The position numbers and the translations under genes were made by a program. The notes beneath the pieces are model-generated. The model made no database searches, was not told the origin of the DNA, and saw only the letters and a list, made by a program, of their open reading frames with translations. DNA of 60,355 nt, filler included, from Catajapyx aquilonaris (Eukaryota), in NCBI GenBank assembly GCA_000934665.2. It is 3 parts of 3 records of this genome, joined end to end, with 100 filler letters (N's around TTAATTAATTAA, not from the genome) between each part and the next. Parts side by side here need not be neighbours in the genome. Positions count along the whole stretch, not along the records: positions 20,279 to 40,264 come from JYFJ02006352.1; 2 more parts are not named here. One strand, written 5' to 3'. Below, one piece after another: positions 26,001-39,420 of this stretch (position 1 is the first letter of the stretch; every line of letters begins with the position of its first letter).

Positions 26001-26464
26001 CCAAAAGCCCAGCATGTGTGCTGCTCTTACCCTTTCCCTCTCTAGAATCACACTTGATGTCATATGCAAGTTCGCAGCACGCCATCTTTTCCTCCATCTT
26101 CAAGTTGTATCAATGAAGAAGACTGGTTTCCAGAATGAAAGCAGCAAGCAACGGAAGGAAGGAGAGGAAGGCATTTCCGACGCCCACTAAAAGGATGAGT
26201 TACGACCGACTCCAAGGGAAGTCCGGTTCCATCTTTTTTTCTTCTTCTTCTTTTTCGTCTTTTCTCTCCCCCCGTAGGTCACCTCCTGGACCTTTCCCTT
26301 CTTTCCTTCCACCTAGCTAAGCATCGGCCTCTCCCAATCGTATTTCAAGTGAAGCTGTTTTGCCGGACAAAAGTCGACGGGTTCTGCTCCCAAAGCCCAG
26401 AAAATATAGCTTGGCCCCAACGGCCTCGACACCTACACCCGCCGGCCATTCCCGAGACAACGTA

Positions 26465-26596
26465 CACTGTTAAGGAAAAACAAACTGTGTCCCCGCCAGC
26501 AGCGCTAAATGCGGATGCGGGTGGAAATGTGCATGACTCAACTCACGCTAGTGCCCGCATTTAGCGCTGCTTGCGGGGGTACAATATTTTTGCAGT
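26465..26596. mobile_element. Short hairpin MITE-like element
   Basis: CCCCGCCAGCAGCGCTAAATGCGG mirrored by CCGCATTTAGCGCTGCTTGCGGGG. Confidence 0.55.
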
Positions 26597-27574
26597 AGTA
26601 TGCAAAATATAAGTGAAGCCATGTAAAAAATTTAAACATAAATTCCCTAGCGTGCTGGTACGTGGTACGCCCCAGTTTAAGAAACGGCTGTATAGTGTAT
26701 CCCCAAAAGCTATGCGACCAAAATTTTAATCCATTTTTGCCTTTTGCATTGCAGAACACTATATACCAAGGGGTCACGGCTCCTCCGTCTGGGTAATTAA
26801 ATTTTAAGCCGCTTATGCTCTTTAGTTGCCTTACACAAGCTGCTAATAACAGTTTAGTAAAATACATGGCCCGAGTCTGCACCGTATTTTCTAGTTCACT
26901 GCGCAACGAACAGCCTTCTGCTGCTTCTATTAACACTAACTTGTTTCAAAATCCCTACATATAGGGTACCGGTATGCCTGCAACTTCGTCGATAGCTCTA
27001 CAGGATGTTTCATAATGATTCAACCTTCAAGGGCGGCCTAAATGAGGACATGTCATTTGGTCTCCTTCTTATATATTGGCAGTAATACATACAATATCGT
27101 GTGTGGTGGATACTGCCTGGCATCCCAAATTATCTTGAAGTTTAAATTGCACGGTGACACCTACATTTAGAATGAAGAAGGCAAGGTTGCGCCAAGATAT
27201 GTTTTACCATATGCCTGAAGCTTATTATCTCCTGAACAAAGTTGGGGAGAGATAATGGTATCTATACATGTTTGGTACCCAGAGTTCACCCCTAGAAGTT
27301 TAACCCATTATGAAACACTGTATAGAAAGCAAGTGGCTTTTAAAGGCCACTCAAAATGAGTAAGCTAATTAAATTACTATACAGTACTATATAATTACAT
27401 TATGCTGCATGGATATATGTGTCCGAGTATGCGTCACTCTGCAAACTAGTATCAGTATAACAACATTGCAATCACGGTCTAAGTAATCTGATCATGTTAG
27501 TTCAATTTTTTGTCTGCCAATGCATAACATCCCATTTGTTTATAATAAGCAAATAAAGCAATCTACAAAGCGCA

Positions 27575-27745
27575 AATAAAAATACGTAACAAATAATAAA
27601 TGTAAAATAATAAATACGTAACAAATAATAAATGTAAAATAATAAATACGTAACAAATAATAAATGTAAAATAATAAATACGTAACAAATAATAAATACG
27701 TAACAAATAATAAATGTAAAATAATAAATATGAAATAAATATGAA
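27575..27745. repeat. AT-rich minisatellite, ~32-bp unit
   Basis: AAATACGTAACAAATAATAAATGTAAAATAAT repeated about 4-5 times with deletions. Confidence 0.9.
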
Positions 27746-27746
27746 A

Positions 27747-28044
27747 TCTATATAAATAAATCCGTTTGTGAGTCTGTCTGTCTGTCTGTCCGCCTGCCAA
27801 CCGTCATTTGCCTGCCATCTGTGCTCCACCCCCAGGCCGGGAGAGGATGGAGGTGTTGGGGGTTGACTACAGATGGCAGACGGTTGCCGTGATACAGGCG
27901 GGAGATGTTGAAGGTGTTGGAGTAGCAAGACCACAGATGGCATTGGTGGCCGGACACACAGAAAGACAGACAGTTGACGAGGGTACTGGCAGGTGTTTTC
28001 CCTTCATTCATTTCTTCCCGGGCAACGCCGGGTGCCGCAGCTAG
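27747..28044 (+). mobile_element. Non-autonomous Helitron
   Basis: A|TCTATATAAAT 5' end, (TCTG)n tract, 3' hairpin CCCGGGCAACGCCGGG, CTAG|T terminus; inserted between A and T without a TSD. Confidence 0.88.
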
Positions 28045-28300
28045 TCATAAATATAATAGGCCTATATAGTATAAAATAATAAATATAATGTATCATAAAA
28101 TCATAAATATAATATATCATAAAATCATAAATATAATATATCATAAAATAATAAATATAATATATCATAAAATAATATATATAATAGGCCTATATAGTAT
28201 AAATATAATATATCATAAAATATTAAATATAATATATCATAAAATAATAAATATAATATATCATAAAATAATAAATATAATAGGCCTATATAGTATAAAA
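28045..28300. repeat. AT-rich minisatellite, ~24-bp unit
   Basis: AATATATCATAAAAT(C/A)ATAAATAT repeats interspersed with three AATAGGCCTATATAGTATAAA units. Confidence 0.9.
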
Positions 28301-30803
28301 TATACAATAATAAGAAATAAAATAACAAAAATGTAACAAAAATAAATAAATAAATAACAAAAAACAACAAAAAAGATACAAACTGTAAAAATCAAACTAA
28401 TAACAATACACCAAATAAAGATTAAAACAAAAAATAACACAGATACGGTACATTGATATGTGAAATTCACACGGTTACATAAGAAAACCTCCTTCTGTCC
28501 CCTCCCCCTTCCAGAAAAAAAAAACAGCCGCACCCTAAATCTTAAAGAACAAGAGTGGCACGTTTACAGACCCACCAGATAGTATCGCAGGAGCCAGTGA
28601 CTCCGTTTTTCCTTATCCGCTTATCAGCATACACAAAAGAACTTATTTCGGTAGGGTACCCATTCCTGTCCCAATGTAATCACTCCTCATTGTACCGGTT
28701 TCGCTTATGCAAATGTCACAGTCGAGAGGGCAAAGAGTCAGAGTGCGACTGTCGGACTGATGGTCAGGGGAGTATTTTGGAGAGGGACTTGCGGGGGAAG
28801 GCGGGGGAGTTGGGGAGGAAGGGAAGCGGGACACGACTCGGAGAGAACTTCATATCCCGCACGTGCCCCACCGGGACTCAGCCTCATTAATTCAACGCCG
28901 TGTAATTTCCTATCGATCCGCCCATGAATTATTTCCACCGGTGCTCACCTTCAGAGAGACGTACCACCAACGAAGGGTTATTATCCGCCATTGAGACACA
29001 TGTAGAAAAGATCTATCTCTCTCCCCTCCCTCCCTCCCCCCTTCCCTCTTCTCTCGGGGGACACAATCTATAACACTTGCTATAATTGGAGCAATTTAAT
29101 GAAAGCTTGTGTAGCACTGCAGGTTCATAAGCGGCACTAAAATTTGACGTGGGTCGATGAAAATGCAGGCCGTGTTCATATTTCAATTCCCACGCAATTT
29201 ATGAACAATGAAATTAATTTGCATTCATTACCTGCGCCGACATGTATTTACGGCCGCGTTTTGCATTTACTTCAACACACTAAATGAAAAAAAAAGAGAG
29301 GGGGGCTTTAAAATTCCTTCAATGAATCAGTGCTGCCGGATCCAAGATGGCTTCCATGCCAGTACCTTTTTATACTGTCAACCAGTACAATACATATTAC
29401 GCTACATTTGCATCCATCCCTTGCATCATTCATTAAGCCAGTACTGTGATTGGCGTAAGAAAATCATTGTCGCCTAAAGCACGTAGCACCTGCACTGCAA
29501 TAATATCCAGACTGGAAAATAATTGAATTCCCCCGCGCATTCAAACAAGAACCGTCGCAACTTCCTTCAATTTTCTCTCCCTTCATAAACCCCCTATTAC
29601 GCATACTAATGAGCCGGTAATTAAAATCCCTATAGAACAATCTGGCCATAAACTCAGCAATCGAAAGGTGCGTGGCCTCTAGTTTGACCATCAAAGAAGT
29701 GGCAAGAAAAGAGGTACCAGCAGCCATAGATGATGGAGACAGGGTTTGACGACTCCAACGAAACAATTGGCATTCAGATCCGCAAAGTTTCTCTGCGAAC
29801 TGTCTGCTCTTTAATTATACAAAAGAGGGCGGGGGTGGAGGGGGAAAAAGGGGGGGAAAGCGGGGGGGGGGGGGGGNGGGGGGGGGGAATTGTTGGGCGT
29901 AACTCGGCAACCTCCCCAACAGCCATTCATGCATGCATAAGGCTGCCAGCTGGAGCAGCCTGAAACTATAATTTGAAATCCTGCTTGGATGGCGCACAGG
30001 ACCGTGGAGGGAGAGAAAGAGGAGGAAGAAAGAGATATGTATCAGGCAAGATACGCACAGGTCGCAGGGAAGGGAATGGGAAAGAAGATATATAAAAAAA
30101 GAAACAGTAAGCGGCCTTTAGGCGCCTATTTCAGAACGAGTCATGTGTGGGTAGATTCTGCTGCCTTTTCCCCAAGAAACTCCAAAAGGACTGATTAAAT
30201 CAATTTTGCACGAGGCCCCTTACTCCCTTGATATCGGCTTAGAATTGCACTTGTTTTCCTGAGGCGGGGTATAGCTAGACTGTATATAGTCCTTTAAACC
30301 AAAGAACGATCTGACGTCACTTTCTGAGCATGCGCAGTTCAGGGTGGCGGCGGGCTGATCGTGACGTCAGACACAACCTTTTTAGAAGATTCAGAGTAAT
30401 ATTGAAACAGGGGTGGGTGCTTGATAGGTACAAATTAACAGGGTCTATTATTACGTAGGAAGTAGGGACTGGGGTGGACTAATCGATATGTGGTTATCGC
30501 GTGCAATTATATGGTTAAGATGTCAAGTGTTGGCCTGCAATACAGTAGCATGTTCGGTGCATTGTATGCATGCAGAATTAGGCTCGTATATTAACAGTCA
30601 ATAATATTGTTTGATTTGATCAAACTATAGGGTGTGCCAACAGAATTGTTCGGATCGGTTACCTACATAGTGGCACTCTTGTTATTAAAAGTTACTTTAC
30701 AAGAGTGGTGGCTGTACGAAGAGGTTAAAGGGATGAAATTCCTGCCAAATAAAGCAAGATCGATAGACTTACTTACATTGCTCAAGTATTAGCATCCAGT
30801 ACA

Positions 30804-30985
30804 TGCATGTATTACCTTAGAAAATAGAGGGTAAAAAAGAGGCCCTTTTTACCCTCTATTTTCTAAGGTAATACATGCAAAATTTACCTTAGAATCAATT
30901 TACCCAAGAATATTTACCCTACAATGTAAGGTAAAAAATGGCCACTTTCTTACCCTCTCTAGAGAAGGTAAATGGTTAAGAGTGT
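30804..30985. mobile_element. CACTA/EnSpm-like end with subterminal repeats, including a perfect 34-bp hairpin
   Basis: Repeated TTACCTT/TTACCCT/AGGTAA motifs ending TTAAGAGTG; perfect stem 30804-30837 / 30846-30879. Confidence 0.5.
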
Positions 30986-33900
30986 AGCTACCCAGTTCAT
31001 TCACACATGAAGATAACGGATAATAATGGCGCTGCTATATTTGATGATGAGTAATAAGCGATGTGGTTCATTACCTGACCAAAGTGCATCTGTTACTGCG
31101 CACTTTACCCATTTTCCCCTGCATATTACATTACGAAGCAGCTGGCTACAAAAGTAAGTGATGCGAATGGATAAGGGCCAAAACCCGCAACTTAAATAAG
31201 TTACCATTTCAGTAACTATATTACAGCTGCCAGATTCCACCTTATTCATTGTCTAATATCAACAAAGCATCAGCCAGCCTACGAAGCTATAACCGACTGC
31301 ACCCTATGTACCCTAGCCCATCTCATTTGTTTCCCCCAGGAGGTAACCATTGTCCTCTTTTTTTTTTATCTTCTGAAGGTAGTGAGGGAATTGGCCACAG
31401 AGAAAGATTGCTATCGTAGCTAGTGGTGGTCACCACTACACAAAAAAAAGTAAGAGTCGTGTCCACGCGCAAGCAAGCCAGTCAGCCAGAAAGCAAGCAA
31501 GCAAGGAAGCAAGCAAGGAAGTAAGCAAGCAAGCAGTCCCTCAGGAGATACGAGTTCTGGTCCAGTGCCAAATGAAGAGCCCCCAACTTCGATCCCACAA
31601 CCTTTTAGCGAATTGGGATCTCTATTGATCAAATGATCTGCTCTCCTCCCGCCGGCGGTAAGCAAGTCGAAACACACAAGCAACAAGGGGTAGCCTCAAG
31701 ATGCTATTGTGGTGCTTGGAAATTGCTGTCATGTTCCTTTGATTTCCTACATTCCAATTCGTCCAGAACTTCCATAAAATAAAATCGGGGGTCCCGGAAT
31801 GCTTACTCGGCATTATTTCTGGGTAACTAAATCTGAAACCAATTTCACGGTATTTCCAAGCGGATCATTAATGTGATGGAGCAAAAATGAGAAAGGAGCT
31901 GGAGGGAATAACCAAAAAAAAAAAAAAAAAAACTACTAGGACCTATGCTTTAAGTTGAATTAAATTTTGGACTACAAACTACACCATTGTCTTTGTTTCG
32001 TTGGAAAGAAGCCGTATACTAGTATTAGCATTTTCTGAGTCGCTTGTTACATCGAAAGTTTGCTATCGGCGCAATATTATCTGAAAAATAAAGGCAGAGG
32101 AAGGATATACGAGCCTCTGACTTAACCTATAGTAACCATGGCACAAAAGGAAGGGAAAAATAACACGCTGCACAGTATATGCTCCAAGAATGTCGTTTGA
32201 TGAGGTGAGATCCTACAAAAGCAGACCCTTTCATGCAGCATAATACGGCTTCGGAAAATTGCGCAAGGCTATGAAATATTCATCGGAGGTTCTTACATGG
32301 TCTCTTTTTATTTTTCTTCGGAAAAAAAAAACTTTGCGGACTAGACCATAGAAGTGAGTGAGCCCTCCTTCTCTTTTTCTTTGTGGACATGAATTGCACT
32401 GGCTGTCAATAAGCAAAGCATCACTATAGACTTTATCGGGTGCAGAAAATAAGGACCCGAAGGGCCGGCGGGTAAAGAGTCGTATATCAAGCTCCTCATG
32501 TGCTCGGTAGAGTTGAGAAAGGGGGGTATGGGGGTGGAAGAATATAAGTTATATTCCAAGTTTGGGGCGGATGGAGGGGGAGGGGTGTAGGGGAGAGAAG
32601 GGAAATGTATCACGGTATCTGCTATCTGGTGACGGCAGACTTCATGCCGAAAATGAAGACCCCGGGGGAGAAGAGGAAAATGGTTTCTAATCAGCTTTGC
32701 TCAGGGTCCACAGTCTCTTCGTAATTCATTTCCCTTTATCTTCCTTTCACTCTGTCTCTATCGCCTTAAATCTCCCAATGCTTTTTTCGTAATTGGAAAA
32801 TTTTGCATTTGGGCTCATGCACAGGGGGTTCGGTACAATCCTCCTCGGGCGGGTATTTTGTTTTGTCTACAAGAGCGAGCGGAGGCGATTACATTTCTTC
32901 TTCTTCTTCTTTTTTTTTTTTTCAAAAAATTGAATCCCAAAAATGAGCCTGCTTGGGGTACATGGGCTGCGAGCGTTATGCGTCCTGTTATATACTCCAT
33001 AAGACGGAAGAGCGCCATTCCAGCCAAAAGAGGATCACACACAGGGATTGAAATCGCACAGTATAACAAAAATGGAAACTCAGGTGAGAATCGTAAACGG
33101 ATTTATCATTGGGGCGCCTGGGGCGCTATAGGTTGGAGAATTTCTACTACTCGAGTTAGCTATAGATCTACTTCATGCTAGCTTCAGCTATCCCACACTA
33201 GATCTACACTAGATATGACAATAATTATGAACTTCAAAAATTTGTCTCGGGGAAGCATTATTATTAATGTTTCCCTATATTTTGTTGATGTTGTTGGGTA
33301 AGCTGTATTTTTAAGCTGTAAAGAGGAATACATACAAATAAACAGAGACGTCAGCAACTTATGGCCACTTGACGAATCCCCACCATCTACGAGCCCCTAT
33401 ACGACCGCCATCTGAAGCGCTATTTCAATTTTTGCCAACACGTGATTACCTAAAGATTATATCCGCGCATTGGATTGTACTTGTATACCACAACATGAAA
33501 GAACCTACCTGGTTGCCAATCGCGGTCACACAGTACAACCCAGCCAGTAGGTGAATATATCTCGAAGTTGGTTACACCAGTAAATAGGAATTTATGAGGT
33601 TGTTTAATTGACGCTAATTAGTGAACTTGTTATGCAAAGGAGCTCTCGGTAAACCAGACTAACTTGTACACTTCCCATTCAATTTCCCTCGTTAACACCT
33701 CTCTATGCGTCGCACACGCACATCCCAACATCCGTTTCCTGCAGCAGTAGCGCCAAGACCGTCATTGTCGCTACCACCTATTAATTTCGCCAACGAACAA
33801 CCTCTGTTTGAATAACACGCGTAGGGCATAGAAGACGCCATTTGCTAAATAGCATTGTATTCGGACAATAGAGCATACGTAAAACCGCGCCACAAAATGT

Positions 33901-34933
33901 GAGTACCCCCCATCAACTAATGAGACTTGTGAAGGACACACTGAGTCACCTCCCCTACACACCGTCACGCCCTTCAGCTCCCAGGTGGCACCACAAGTTT
34001 ACATGATTACCCAAATCTTTTCCATTTCCCTTCCCACCCCTCATTTTTATCCCCAAAAAATCCTCTTCCCCGCCGAGACAAAGGTCCTGTTTAGTGCCTA
34101 CATCACCCTGAGCGCATCTTCCTTTCCCTCCCCCCCCTACGCCCATTATTCACCTCTTCATCATCACATTATAGCAGCTTCTCCTTTGCCCTATCTGCAA
34201 TTTCTCACCAAGTCCACCCCCTCGTGACAGATTCGCCATTAGTCTCAAGCCCACCCTGTACTCACTCACTCACTTCCCCACCGCTTGTACCTCGTCTAGA
34301 GGGCCATATCCCTTCAATCTGGCCCAACTCTGCCACTGGACTCGCCCGGAGTCTGGACCCGGCTTTTTGGAGTTGAATTCTACTCGCCACGTGTGGCCTG
34401 CGAATGACCCACGAGGCCTATAAAAGCGGGGAAGGGCTCAACACACAAGCCTGGCCGCAATGTCGTATACTGTAGGAAGGAGAAACACGACTAATTGCAC
34501 GCACGGCAGTCAGGCCTGGGGTCCAAGGATGCTGCTATGGGCCAAATATGAGCAGTCAAGCTTGGGGGGTTAAACAATGTCCGAGGAATGCTGGGGTGTA
34601 CTCACTCTGTAGGGGGTACTACACAAGACTAGGATGGGTTGAATTTCCTGAGGTTTTCTGGGTATTGCGTGGTCGTACAAGGCCTCTTCACGCCATCCGC
34701 GATAACTGAGTGCGATGTGAGGGTCGGTCATACCTTGGGCATGAATGTGTTTCAATTGGTAGCAGCATCAACTGTGCGTCACCAACGACACCTAGTGGCC
34801 AGTAGGTGAAAAAAATGTGCGCAAAGGTGTACTAAACACGAAATGAGGTGCAAAAGATAGATTTCGGCGTGACACCCGATAAAATGAAAAAGCTAGTTTT
34901 TTCCGCTCTACTGTCTTTTCATTGCAAGCTTAA

Positions 34934-35377
34934 AGGGACACTCCACTCAAAATGTAAGTTGGGCTCTCAATATCGGGCAAAAATCCTGATTCCGATGGTA
35001 TAAGCAGTTTTTCTGAGAGTCGAACGGTAAGGCCAGGGCGAGCAGTCAAAATTCGGAAATTCGTATCTGCCGCAAAACAGCAGCGCCTCCACCGGGACTT
35101 TGCAGAAATTGGCCTCAGGTTGCGCCATCTTTGATCCGTGCCTCAGCTTCATCCGGCCACATCCGGACCCGACCCGACTTACAACCCTCAACCAGTTTCG
35201 CCTATACCCGGTGGCGGCGCGCGCGGCGTGGCGGACTGAACTGAAGGGGCACCTCACTAGCAGACGACGCAAATTCTGCTTTTCCGTTCCGCGTAGAAAA
35301 AAAGCGATTGCACCTTCGGAATCCGGATTTTTTGCCCTATTTTAGAGCCCAACTTGCATTTTGAGTGGAGTGTCCCT
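34934..35377. mobile_element. Kolobok-like MITE, nested in an older element
   Basis: TTAA|AGGGACACTCCACTCAAAATG...CATTTTGAGTGGAGTGTCCCT|TTAA. Outer inverted repeat TTTCGGCGTGACACCCGATAA (34862) / TTATCGGATGTCACACCGAAA (35756). Confidence 0.85.
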
Positions 35378-36981
35378 TTAAGGAGCCAGCAGTAGTAATA
35401 ATTAATTAATTAATAATAAATGTCAAATAATATTATGATTTAGTAAACAATGGTAGGTATAGTTTGCACATATTTCTCACGTAAACTGAGGCTTAATGAA
35501 TTGATGATTGCGCGCTAGTGGTTATGCATTGTTATACTCCATTTGAAGGGAATATCACAATGTAAAACCAGTGCAGTGGTGCGCAATCAGTTCCATTAAA
35601 CATCAGTTATAGTGCACAATATGTAGCTCTATTGCACATCATCTACTATTGGCAAAAATTGCAATATCGCCTTCAACAGTCATTTCAAATTTGAAAATAT
35701 TGCAAATTCGGATTTTCGCAATATCATAATATTATTAAGGCCCAAACTCTAAATATTATCGGATGTCACACCGAAACAAATCCCTCTAGTGTTTGCGTTA
35801 AAAGTAGATTACGTATGTTACCTCGTCGCAGATCATTGATGCAGATCATGGGGGCTGCCAGGAGAAAGCTCACCTGTAATTGAAAAAGAAAGAAAAAAAA
35901 TATATTTTGAAAACCCTTCCTTAGACCTGAATTGCAAAAATTATCCTAGAAGTCACCGTCTTCGTCTCATTTCCAGATTAGAACCCTCGATTCTGACAGC
36001 CGATTGAAAAAGCAATTCTGGAAGTTTTTGGCAGGTAACCGTACGTGCATTTCCACTGCATGTTTCCCTCCGAATAAATCATTACCGGCTGTTCCGCTTT
36101 CAATCTTTCAGCTCTGACTGATTGGATTAAAATTGCTTCTTCAGCTTCACCCCCTCTCACGTTACCTTTGCCTGGAAAACTAGGCTACAATCTGCAGTCT
36201 CTTGGAATGATCCATGCCAGAAATTCCCTGCAAAACCTATGATCCGCAAGGGGGAAAAAAACGCCTCCTAGCGGAAAGTTACAAGTAATTAAAGGCCCAG
36301 CATCAAGTGTCAAATATTTAATGAGCTGACAAGTTCCTTAATTACGGCGACCCTTGCGATTTTGAAGGGAAACTCCGTTAATTGTTGTTCCTCTTGGGCG
36401 TCGACTCAAAACTTGCAAATATTTATCAACCCTAGTTAAGTGTTGTTGAATTGACAGGGATGTAAATAGGGCACACCCTTTTCCCTAATGAAACAAGTTG
36501 GACGAGTTGCAGATGATGGCAGTCTCTTCATGCCTTCCCCAATTACAACTCGTTCACAGATTGACTTGCGACTAGAAGCACCCAACCCCCACCCAAACCC
36601 ACAAACCTGATGCCAACAGAAATGTTTCGCCGAGTTACAAGTCTCCACAACCCGCAAGACTGAGGAGAATTCTGATGCACGTGCACGCACCACCAGATGT
36701 GGAGCTTAGGTTACTTCATTACGATCTATTGTCTTCGCTCAGTGCGTAGAATTCCATACGTCACCATCACTTATTGGATCTGATCCCAAGGTTCCATGCT
36801 CAGATTTATGGGGCTTATTTACAGGCGCACATTCCATAACTCGGATTTAAATTCTTCGTTCAGTTGCTATCGAGTTTACATATCATAATAATAATTCATG
36901 CCCCGTTATCGGCCATCGGCACTTTTAGGGGGGAAGTTTGATTTGGTTGGAACTCTTTGCTTTCATTTTACTGTGCTCTTT

Positions 36982-37138
36982 GGGATGGGATAGGGACGGA
37001 AGGAAGCGGCTGTGGCCTATTAATTACGGAAGCAACTCCGGAATTTTCCTGGAAGGACCGTGGGAAACACGGTCAGAGTTGCTGGCCCCGGGATTTGATC
37101 CCAAGACCTCCCGATTTAGCAGTCGGACACCATATCCT
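36982..37138 (-). mobile_element. tRNA-SINE family C, partial copy
   Basis: Reverse complement of about 22287-22450 (GGAAGGAAGCGGCTGTGGCCTAT; TTAGCAGTCGGA). Confidence 0.85.
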
Positions 37139-39119
37139 TGTTTACATATCATGTAGGCTACACCCAAAAACCATTTGGTAACTGCTAGTGAAAATCCTGG
37201 CTTCCTGACTGCATCTTTAACAGTAAATGGAGCAGAAATGATGCTAATTAGTGGTATAAATAGCTCAAAACAGCAACAGCCTTGTATGCCCACAATATTA
37301 CAGTAGTCAAATGGCAACGTGGTACAAAGACTCCATGTGCCTTGAACCATTTTGATAATTAACAACGACCAGATCCAGTTAATCTGCACGAATTGTCCAC
37401 TCGGCCAGATTACTCCAGATCTTGAAATGACATTTTGAACAGGCAATTAAAAGTTATGACCATACTGTACAGCACGGAACATGATCGTACCAACGCAAAC
37501 CCATCAGTCTCTGGTTCATTACCAGGCTTTAAAATGTCTTACTGTCACACCATCAGGTATGTAATGTCAAAAGTGTCCTCCAAGGATATATTTGTGATCT
37601 TTGGTGCATTTAGTAGGGTAGCCTGAGTCTGTTTGCCTGCTGGGAGGCAAGCAGATGCGGAAAGAGCCGAGTGGCAAAAGCGGTGTAATAAATTCAAAAC
37701 GCAGATATTGAAAGTCATAAAAGACCACTCGTGCCGTTCGATTAGAGTGTCTGGTATCCAAGTAACGGCAGGAAATTGAAGGCATTAAAGAGAAGGTGGG
37801 GGACAACAGAGCAGGAGGAGGAGAAGGAGGCCCAGTTCGTCGGTTGCAGCACGCTATTGCTATTATCGAATTATAGACCCTGATGGATCTTGGAGAAGCA
37901 ACAAAGCGCCAGAGAAGAAAGGCGCCCATTACGGGGGCCAGGACAAAAAGAAAATGCCGACGCGCCTACTCTAATTACGTCTTTTAAATTCAGGAAATGG
38001 GGAAACTATGCGAACACCCACCTCGTTCTATGGAATACCCTCTTTTCGGTAATAAGCGTGGAAGACCTAATCGTCAGTTACAAATAGGTAAAATTACATT
38101 AAAATCTCATTCTGGCGCCATTTTAGCGGCGAAGCTACTACCGATCCCAAGTCAACTTTTTTATCTTTTCTATTTTCATTACACGGACTTTTGCACGCAC
38201 TGATAGGGTGTAGAGGAAATATTGAAAATGTACTTAAGCATTATACATATGTAACATAAAAAGTGACACTGATGGCTGGTTATACGAAAGCAAATGAAGG
38301 AGGAAATCTCTCATTTTGTCGGATTATACATTGTGAATACCTATGAATAATCGGAGATTGCACCTCATTTGCTTAATCCGATAGGCCCTGATTATATGTG
38401 CTTATGTTTTCACTAAGAAATCAATACACAGGTATAGTCATTAAAACAAAATTTAGCCATCGACCGACACATTCGCTGTCAGTTATTACTTCACATATCG
38501 CATCATTGTTGATAATTAATTTTTTTTAACCAAATTTTTTGCGTCTCCCTTCATCGCTGACTACCCCTCATAGGGAAATGTCGTGTTGATGATGATGATT
38601 ATTATTATTATTATTTCAATTATGTTTATAACAACGTTCTTCTTTTTACAAAAAAAAAGTGTTACAAATTTTGCCCGTGTAGCACAGGTCCTTTAAAATG
38701 TGCATGAATTTCTCCCATGTCTGTTGAAATCCGGATTTGACCAGTGTCCAAGGCTTGGCTATAACCGCAACATTCCCGAGTTGGTTCAAGTACCACTTCA
38801 ATTTGGACGAACATATCCAATGTCAAGTACACTCACCGCCGATCATACCAAAAGTAAAAATAATTTGCCTAAGAGCTACGAGTTCAACATCCCTGGCACA
38901 TACACACCAATACCCTATCGGTAATAAAAATGGTCGCTTAGACCTTTGATAAAACGGATGACAAAATAGGGCAGTTATACCTGTCTCACACGACGGTGGA
39001 CACAGTAATCTGCTAAGGGCAACGAGCAATAAAACTGTCTCCTAAACCTTTACGCAAGCTGGTAGGAAAAAAAGTGAAAAAAATAGGACCACCGCTATGG
39101 ATCCGGCAATAAAAAGGCT

Positions 39120-39420
39120 GCCTCCGTATTTCACTTGTACAGATCTGGTAAAAGTAGAACGGACCTATCTAACAATTAAGTGAGCAAAACAGGTAGGCTG
39201 CTCCCTCCTTGGTCCGAACCGCCAACTAAGTGCAAGTCCCCTGAAGGGATGAGTTGGGCATTTGAACCGAGTTAACCCCACCCAACCATGCAAAAGGGGG
39301 ATCCCCACTGCTGTCTCTCATCCTAGATGGCCTCGTACCGGATCGTAATAGGCCATGAAGTTGTGCGCTCCATTATCATGGCAAACGATGATATAGCGGA
39401 ATTGTACTTGGCTTTATATG
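39120..39420 (+). pseudogene. Possible highly decayed non-LTR reverse transcriptase fragment
   Basis: In order, across frameshifts: TDLVK, QKG-GSPLLSLILD and IMANDDIA, which resemble DLxKA / QGxxLSPLLF / YADD. Confidence 0.35.

Noticed and set aside
27575..28300. Repeat arrays as CRISPR
   Set aside because: Eukaryotic context, tandem units without unique spacers, no cas genes.
37160..37930. Coding-like stretch on the minus strand
   Set aside because: Multiple stops and no motif I can recognise.
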